A stretch of 22,066 nucleotides of DNA from Candidatus Altimarinota bacterium. GTDB taxonomy: Bacteria; Patescibacteriota; Gracilibacteria; JBDHUY01. The position numbers were made by a program, and so were the translations under genes. How positions within the stretch are numbered: the stretch's first letter is position 1; the number at the start of each line of letters is the position of its first letter. Location: contig JBDHUY010000022.1 of assembly GCA_039809385.1 (NCBI GenBank), forward strand, positions 1 to 22,066. Direction: 5' to 3'. Positions 1 through 5,934 of the stretch are shown in pieces. The notes beneath the pieces are model-generated. The model was not told the DNA's origin. It was given only the letters and a program-made list of their open reading frames with translations, and did no database searches.

Positions 1-73
1 GTCAAAAGTACTAAGTCAAAAGTACTAAGTCAAAAGTACTAAGTCAAAAGTACTAAGTCAAAAGTCCTTAGTC
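1..73. repeat. Tandem 14-bp (2x7-nt) repeat GTCAAAAGTACTAA, truncated by the window edge
   Basis: Four exact copies of GTCAAAAGTACTAA (1-56), then GTCAAAAGTCCTTA and GTC. The last heptamer contains the TAA stop (68-70, minus strand) of the adjacent gene. No spacers. Confidence 0.97.
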
Positions 74-421
74 GCTATGTAAACTTCGAATAAGCCCTGC
101 CAACAATTTTGATATTTCTATACAACGCGCATATCCTTCTTCAAATTCTTTTTGCTGACAATAGGCAAGCTCCAACCCGACATACATCATAGAACGTACT
201 TCTGCGCTGGAACTTTTGGCAATAAACAAAAAGTGTTTGAATTGTTTATCTGCTCTGCGCTCAAATCCCTCTGCAATATTATTCATTACCGATAAGGCTG
301 CCCGTTGAATCTGATCTTTGAATCCCCAATCTTTGCAGTCTTTAAAATTTTTATAGATGAACAAAACTAATTCTTTGGCTTTTTGCCATACAATTAAATC
401 TTCGAATCTTTCGATTTTCAT
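68..421 (-). CDS. Four helix bundle protein (TIGR02436 / 23S rRNA IVS protein / bAvd-like), 117 aa
   Basis: Family motifs FEDLIVWQKA, DQIQRAALSVMNNIAEGFER, FLFIAKSSSAEV. Start moved from 466 to the ATG at 421 (MKIERFEDL) because the upstream extension is repeat sequence. Confidence 0.92.
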   Translation of the reverse strand: MKIERFEDLIVWQKAKELVLFIYKNFKDCKDWGFKDQIQRAALSVMNNIAEGFERRADKQFKHFLFIAKSSSAEVRSMMYVGLELAYCQQKEFEEGYARCIEISKLLAGLIRSLHSD

Positions 422-453
422 GGAAGAAGTGTGAGCTGATAATAGGATTGATC

Positions 454-487
454 GACTTTTGACCAAGGACTATGTACTTTTGACTTA
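454..487. repeat. Heptamer array inverted relative to 1-73
   Basis: Minus strand reads TAA GTCAAAA GTACATA GTCCTTG GTCAAAA GTC. These are the same heptamer types as the plus strand of 1-73 (GTCAAAA, GTACTAA, GTCCTTA). Confidence 0.88.
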
Positions 488-1042
488 TGTAAACGAAACT
501 TTTACATTCTTGCGCTCTTCTTCGCTGTCGAGTTCGAAAAATTCTTTGGCTCCGAAGTTGAACATGCCGGCGACGATATTATTGGGAAATACTTGGATGC
601 GAGTGTTGTAATCGCGCACCACGGCGTTGTAGTAGCGACGCGATTTGTTAATCTCGTCTTCGGTCTGGTTGAGCGTATTTTGCAGCTGGATAAAGTTTTC
701 GTTGGCTTTCAGTTCGGGATAGTTCTCCGCCACGGCAAAGAGCGATTTTAGCGCGCCGGTCAGCATGTTGTCCGCATTGGCGATTTGTCCCGGGGTCGTA
801 GCCTGCATGGCCTGTGAACGGGCTTTGGCAACCTCCTCGAACACTCCGGATTCGTGTTTGGCATAGCCCTTGACGGTTTCCACCAGATTAGGGATCAGGT
901 CGAAACGACGTTTGAGCTGGGTATCGATATCGCTCCATGAGCCCTCTACGTCTACTTTTAACTTGACCAGACCGTTGTACACGCTGATGACGTACAATAC
1001 CAACACGGCTATGACAATCAGCAATCCAATCAAAATTTCCAT
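485..1042 (-). CDS. lemA: LemA family protein, 185 aa
   Basis: N-terminal TM helix, then YNGLV, WSDIDTQLKRRFDLIPNLVETVKGYAKHE, AVAENYPELKANENF, RRYYNAVVRDYN, FPNNIVA. Likely start is MEILIG at 1042. Confidence 0.95.
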   Translation of the reverse strand: MEILIGLLIVIAVLVLYVISVYNGLVKLKVDVEGSWSDIDTQLKRRFDLIPNLVETVKGYAKHESGVFEEVAKARSQAMQATTPGQIANADNMLTGALKSLFAVAENYPELKANENFIQLQNTLNQTEDEINKSRRYYNAVVRDYNTRIQVFPNNIVAGMFNFGAKEFFELDSEEERKNVKVSFT

Positions 1043-1079
1043 AAATCTTTTAAAGAAAAATAAAACCTCTACGGTGGGT

Positions 1080-1108
1080 ATTTTACTGAAAGGCAGTTGC
1101 CAATGCAA
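1080..1108 (-). promoter_or_regulatory. Putative sigma70 promoter of lemA
   Basis: Minus strand TTGCAT-17 bp-TAAAAT, about 38 bp upstream of the ATG. Confidence 0.55.
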
Positions 1109-1259
1109 CCTTAAGGAGCCTCCCGTTATTGTGTTTATCTCTTATCTGTCTAGAATCATAAGGTACGAATCCGGGATGATGCGGTCAGAAATCGATATCA
1201 GAACAGTAGGTGATCCATACCACCCGTGCCATGTTTATTACAGTCTTTCAGAGATTTCT

Positions 1260-1679
1260 TTATGGTGATTTTCGGCCTAGTTTGATCAGCGAGGTCTTGT
1301 ACACATCTGGTTGGTAGGCTGCTGCGCGACGTATTTGAGTTCTTTTCAAGCCGATTCGTACCAAATCTTCTGCCAATTTGTCGGCAAAATGGGTTTGATC
1401 GTAGCCTAGCAGAATCAGCTCTGGTTTGTACTTTTTCACGATAGCCAGATGGTTTGTTTTGCTTCCCAGCACTACTTTGTCGGCTATCTTGAGAGCAACC
1501 ACGTTTTTTTTGCGTTCCCGTTCATTGTGTTCGGGTAGATGTTTCTTGAGTCGCAAGACGGTTTGATCTCTCCCAATGACCACGATGAGATATTCTCCGG
1601 CTGCTCTGGCTTCTTGGATAAAGTGTTTGTGCCCTTCATGGAGCAGATCAAAGGTGCCGAAAATCATGACGGTTTTCAT
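1260..1679 (-). CDS. Cytidylyltransferase-family (HxGH) nucleotidyltransferase, archaeal-type FAD synthase RibL-like, 139 aa
   Basis: MKTVMIFGTFDLLHEGH, LIVVIGRD, KPELILLGYDQ, YKTS. Start at 1679 overlaps the upstream TGA stop (ATGA coupling). FAD synthase versus TagD/RfaE-like specificity is not certain. Confidence 0.8.
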   Translation of the reverse strand: MKTVMIFGTFDLLHEGHKHFIQEARAAGEYLIVVIGRDQTVLRLKKHLPEHNERERKKNVVALKIADKVVLGSKTNHLAIVKKYKPELILLGYDQTHFADKLAEDLVRIGLKRTQIRRAAAYQPDVYKTSLIKLGRKSP

Positions 1680-1999
1680 AGGTGTTCTATTTTGGCAGCC
1701 AGGATAAAATCGTTTTCGCTCAAACCGTCGATAGCGTGGGTCCACAGCTCTATGGTCACTTTTCCCCATGAAACGGACAGATCGGGATGGTGCCCTTCGG
1801 CTTCGGCCAGGAGAGCTACTTTCATGACGAAGCCCATAGTTTGTTTGAAATCGGGAAAGCGGAATTCGAAGCTAATTTTACGATTGTCCCGTACTTCCCA
1901 CGCATTACTCAACTCGTTGAGTAAATTTTGAATCTCGATGGGACTTAGCGGTGGAACGTTCCCTTCGCACGGAACACACTTTTTGATTTTCAGATCCAT
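1676..1999 (-). CDS. phhB: Pterin-4-alpha-carbinolamine dehydratase (PCD/PhhB family)
   Basis: KKCVPCEG N-terminus, AEAEGHHPDL, WTHAIDGLSENDFILAAKIE. Confidence 0.93.
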   Translation of the reverse strand: MDLKIKKCVPCEGNVPPLSPIEIQNLLNELSNAWEVRDNRKISFEFRFPDFKQTMGFVMKVALLAEAEGHHPDLSVSWGKVTIELWTHAIDGLSENDFILAAKIEHL

Positions 2000-2030
2000 A
2001 TAGCCGATTGGTAGAGGTTAGACTATGGGT

Positions 2031-2059
2031 ATTATGGAGTATGCGGGATCTTCTTGCAA
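2031..2059 (-). promoter_or_regulatory. Putative sigma70 promoter of the PCD-nucleotidyltransferase operon
   Basis: Minus strand TTGCAA-17 bp-CATAAT. Confidence 0.55.
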
Positions 2060-2305
2060 TGTTACGGGTAATATAATAGGCTTCCTGGTTTTATAGGTAG
2101 CTCATTGTAGCTTGCCGTAGAATAATAGGACTCCCACGACAATAGAATCTTGTCTATATTTCAATCCTTCCGTCCTTTCTTGCGATGACACATTATCTTG
2201 AGTTAGCTATATCTTAAAAATCGTAAAAAGTTGAGAGTGACATTTTCTTTTTTTACGGTATTATTGATAGTGTTTTCAATCACTCACAGACTATACTTTT
2301 CCACT

Positions 2306-2761
2306 ATGTCGTCTCCCGGCGCTGCTCTTTCCAAGTCTCCGGATATTCCACCGTCCGGTGAGCAAAATGCATGGAGCTTCTTATTGAACAATAATCTTGT
2401 ATCGCCATCAATCGTTTCCTTTGTTCAAAAAACCATAGCGCATACCGAGGTACAATTGCAACAGCAGTGGCAGAAGCGGTTTTCTGATGTATACAAGTAT
2501 GTTCACGAGTTGGCATCGGCTGGTCTTTTTCCTTTGCCGTGCCAGCATGTTTATTTTCATCGAGAGAACGACCTGGATGTCTTTGTGGCCGGTATGAGGC
2601 TCCTGAAAATCTTTCTCAAGGGACAGCGGTTGAGTGTACAGAACGTTTCCCCGCAGCTCTTTTCGAAGCCGGGGGATTTGTTGTATTTCATGAATCAACT
2701 TCTGAATCTTTCTTCAGCAATTCAGATTGCTGCTTTAAAGTTTGCAAAAATCGATGTATAA
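2306..2761 (+). CDS. Hypothetical protein, about 151 aa
   Basis: Longest ORF filling an otherwise gene-free gap. ATG at 2306 (MSSPGAALS) preferred over TTG at 2231. No recognised motif. Confidence 0.6.
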   Translation: MSSPGAALSKSPDIPPSGEQNAWSFLLNNNLVSPSIVSFVQKTIAHTEVQLQQQWQKRFSDVYKYVHELASAGLFPLPCQHVYFHRENDLDVFVAGMRLLKIFLKGQRLSVQNVSPQLFSKPGDLLYFMNQLLNLSSAIQIAALKFAKIDV

Positions 2762-2823
2762 ATAAGTCTGCAGGTTCTTTTCTCATTCTTTTCAGCGACG
2801 AAAGTAATGCGTTACGGATATTT

Positions 2824-3795
2824 TTATCCTCTTGCCAGCAAAAAAACAAGATAGCCGATATAGCCGGATATGAATACGACTCCGTGTCGGCGTTGTAATC
2901 CCGACCGGCTTGTTTTTACAATAAAAAAAAGCAGGATCGTGAGCGAAAGCAGAAAGAACGTGTCGGCCAGCAATTTTTCCTGAAACATCAGCGGTCGTAT
3001 GGTTGCGGTTAACCCCAATATTACAAAGATATTGAAAATGTTGCTGCCAATAATATTTCCGGTGGCTATGCCGTCCGATCCTTTCGACAGGGCTACGACT
3101 GTGGTAACGATCTCGGGAAGCGACGTCCCCACCGATGTAATAAATAATCCTACAAACAATTCGCTGATTCCAACCATTCTGGACAGGGCCGCTCCGTAGA
3201 TCACGACCAAGTTCCCTCCTACGATGGCGCCCATCAGACCTACCATGAACAAAAGTATCGCATATATCGGACGGACTTTGTGACGGGGCGGCGTTTCGAA
3301 TGCCAGCAACGGTTCTCCAGATTTTGCCGAAAAATAGAGATAGGCAAAAAACACTATTGAAAAAGAGAGCAGGATCAATCCGTCACCCACGCTCAGTATG
3401 TTGTGGTCAACCCGGTCAAATCCACGATCGAATCCCAAAATCAAGAAACTCGTGATCGCCAAAAAAGAAAAGGGTATATCTTTGTTAACCGTGCTATGGG
3501 TAAATATCAGCGGACGTACGAGTGCTCCGATTCCTAGCGCCAGGGAGATGTTGGCGATGTTGCTGCCGATCACATTACCCAGCGCCACATCAGGTACTCC
3601 CTGGAAGGCTGCGCTGATGTTGACCGCCAATTCGGGTGCACTGGTAGCCGGAGCCAGAAGGCATAATCCGGTCAACAGAGGCGATATTTTCAGCCATATC
3701 GCAATATCCTGAGCCCCTTTAACCAGAAAGTCGGCTCCCTTCACCAGGAACAGAAAGCCTATAACAACCATAACAATGGCCAAAATCAATTCCAT
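2824..3795 (-). CDS. Ca2+/Na+ antiporter (CaCA family, YrbG-like)
   Basis: Two alpha repeats: ATSAPEL...ALGNVIGSNIANI and GTSLPEI...ATGNIIGSNIFNI. About 10 hydrophobic helices. Confidence 0.95.
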   Translation of the reverse strand: MELILAIVMVVIGFLFLVKGADFLVKGAQDIAIWLKISPLLTGLCLLAPATSAPELAVNISAAFQGVPDVALGNVIGSNIANISLALGIGALVRPLIFTHSTVNKDIPFSFLAITSFLILGFDRGFDRVDHNILSVGDGLILLSFSIVFFAYLYFSAKSGEPLLAFETPPRHKVRPIYAILLFMVGLMGAIVGGNLVVIYGAALSRMVGISELFVGLFITSVGTSLPEIVTTVVALSKGSDGIATGNIIGSNIFNIFVILGLTATIRPLMFQEKLLADTFFLLSLTILLFFIVKTSRSGLQRRHGVVFISGYIGYLVFLLARG

Positions 3796-3825
3796 AGAAT
3801 GTTGTCGGCTGAAAAATATGTGCTA

Positions 3826-3834
3826 AGTATATCA
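3826..3834 (-). promoter_or_regulatory. Putative extended -10 promoter of the CaCA gene
   Basis: Minus strand TG-A-TATACT about 30 bp upstream of the ATG. Confidence 0.4.
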
Positions 3835-4055
3835 TTCTTCCTTCCAATTTCTACCAAGTCATACACCTCTGCCAAATGTTCTGGACAGCGAGAATGTTTT
3901 TTTGAATTTTACTCCCGAGTCGCTAGCGAGCTCATGCAGAAAGACCAGGCAAACAAATCCGGAGCCGCCGCATACTCCAATTTTATTTTTTGCGTGGACA
4001 TGGTTCGCCGAGTGCGTACAATCCCTATTGTGGCTCTTTTTTTATAACATTTTGT

Positions 4056-5822
4056 ATGCCTACCACTATTCTTCCCTACATTCGGCTCATTTTCGGTCTT
4101 GCGCTGGTCTACTTTTTCAATCTCCAGGCTCACGGTTTTCATGAATTTCTTGCCCAAATTCCCGAATCGCATTTGTTGGAAAGTTTTTTTGTCATATCGC
4201 TGGTTTTTGCCTTTAGTTTCGTGATCTATTATCTATCTGACGGAACCATGCTGCCTTCTTTTGTGGTTGCTATTTTCTTTGGCTTGGTTTCCCAAAACTT
4301 GCTGGCACCCATCGTTCATCAGGAGTCGCTGCTGGCCGAAATCGTCGGATTGGGCGCTACTCTTATTTTGTTTGGAGGAGGGCTTGAAACTCCTTGGTTG
4401 AGTTTTAAAAAACTCCTGCTAAAGATATTGTCTCTGTCTTTTATCGGACTGTTTCTGACAGCCCTACTTTTTTCTCTATTAGTCTTGTGGATTAGTAACC
4501 TTTTTGGTCTGGCTCTGCCGGTTCCGGTCGCAGTTCTGCTTGGCGCCGTGCTGGCTTCGACAGATCCCGCGGCCATTATCCCGGTGTTAAAAGGACTGCG
4601 CTTTCATAAACGCGATACCAAAGATATTATTGTTTCCGAGAGCGCGATGACCGATGTGACCGGTACCTTGTTAACGGTGGTTTTCTTGTCGCTTTTGGCT
4701 GCGGGGGTTGTTTCCGGAGATGTAGGAGCATTATATCAGCAGCTTTTTACTGCTCAAACTGCAGGAATTTTGGCAAAACAGATCGCATTTGGCATTCTGT
4801 TTGGCGTCCTGGGCTATGGTTTACTGGAATTTCTCTCGCGATTCAAACGCGAGCATGATCACGAGACGGAAGTGGATGCGGCGTATTTCTTGTTTGTCCC
4901 GGTCATTATTTTTACCGTTGCGCTGATCTTCGGCGGTAGCGGATACCTCGCAGCGTTTGTCGCCGGGTTGTTATTTGTCATGACTGAAAAGTTACATGTA
5001 ACCGAAAAGTTCTTTAATCATATCGTGGATGGTTTTCTCAAGCCGACCATTTTTCTCTTACTTGGAGCGCTGGTGGATGTTAATAGTCTTGTGGCGTATG
5101 CGCCAGTGGGGTTGCTGGCTGCGTTGGTATTTATGTTTGTGATCCGCCCCCTGTCTGTTTTTGTGTCTCTGGCGCCTTTTATGCTCTTTGGTAAGGATCG
5201 TCCGGGCTATCGCGAATTGTTGTTTATTTCTTTCGTGCGGGAAACCGGAGCTATTCCGGCAGTTTTGTTAGTAACGATCATCAGTTCGGGGTTAAGTGGA
5301 TTGGAAGGCCTGGTGCCGGTGGGGATGTGGGTCATTCTGGCTACGCTCATTCTGCAGCCTCCTCTGACCCCGATGGTGGCAAAATGGCTCCATGTCGCAG
5401 TTCCGATCCAAGATACATCCAGTGTCGAGCTGGATCACGAACATTCTTTTGTGTTGCTGGGGTCTCGCGGCAATTCGTATAAGGCCCGATTACCTCTTGT
5501 TGCCGACTGGGCCAGCATACATGATATCAAACTGGCGGTTTTGCTCCATTGTCTGGAAGGTAAATACAGTGAGGCTTCCTCTCAGGAGGCCGGGATCGAA
5601 GCCGAAGCAGAATTTGCACGTATCAACACTATGCGTTCGCTTAAGGGCAAGAAGAAAATCAGGTTTGTGTATGTGAGCCGCGAAGGTTTTTTGCAGAAAA
5701 ATATTGAGGATTTGGCAAAAGAGTACCACAACCTGGTAGCGGTTTTTGTGGGTAAAAAAATTCTGGATTTTCAAATGAGCGACGTCAAAGCGTTCGGGGC
5801 GCCGATTTATTTTATGGATTAA
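4056..5822 (+). CDS. CPA1 (NhaP-type) cation:proton antiporter with a C-terminal USP-like domain
   Basis: LILFGGGLET, LLGAVLASTDPAAIIPVL, IVSESAMTDVTG, GSGYLAAFVAGL, FVIRP, followed by a soluble tail of about 130 aa. Likely start is MPTTILP at 4056. Confidence 0.9.
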   Translation: MPTTILPYIRLIFGLALVYFFNLQAHGFHEFLAQIPESHLLESFFVISLVFAFSFVIYYLSDGTMLPSFVVAIFFGLVSQNLLAPIVHQESLLAEIVGLGATLILFGGGLETPWLSFKKLLLKILSLSFIGLFLTALLFSLLVLWISNLFGLALPVPVAVLLGAVLASTDPAAIIPVLKGLRFHKRDTKDIIVSESAMTDVTGTLLTVVFLSLLAAGVVSGDVGALYQQLFTAQTAGILAKQIAFGILFGVLGYGLLEFLSRFKREHDHETEVDAAYFLFVPVIIFTVALIFGGSGYLAAFVAGLLFVMTEKLHVTEKFFNHIVDGFLKPTIFLLLGALVDVNSLVAYAPVGLLAALVFMFVIRPLSVFVSLAPFMLFGKDRPGYRELLFISFVRETGAIPAVLLVTIISSGLSGLEGLVPVGMWVILATLILQPPLTPMVAKWLHVAVPIQDTSSVELDHEHSFVLLGSRGNSYKARLPLVADWASIHDIKLAVLLHCLEGKYSEASSQEAGIEAEAEFARINTMRSLKGKKKIRFVYVSREGFLQKNIEDLAKEYHNLVAVFVGKKILDFQMSDVKAFGAPIYFMD

Positions 5823-5934
5823 CCGAATTGGCTGCGATTTGAAAAACAAGATTGCGACCATGATGGAAATCTGACGTCTGTTACGTTTGCTACAAATAGA
5901 CAACGCACGATCGGTTTGAGAACGAACCTGAAAT

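Noticed and set aside
1-73. CRISPR array
   Set aside because: The 14-bp units are head-to-tail with no unique spacers, and no cas genes are present.
68-421. 23S rRNA intervening sequence or diversity-generating retroelement (Avd)
   Set aside because: No rRNA sequence flanks the gene, and no reverse transcriptase or TR/VR pair is in the window. Sequence left of base 1 is not visible.
1125-1235. Further heptamer or REP remnants upstream of lemA (TTTATCT CTTATCT; GTAGGTG...CACC)
   Set aside because: Only two units or a 4-bp stem, indistinguishable from chance by eye.
3940-4020. Known riboswitch (c-di-GMP-I, fluoride, yybP-ykoY, nhaA-I)
   Set aside because: Only short fragments resemble these consensuses and the required conserved cores are missing. 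Kept only as an unclassified structured leader.
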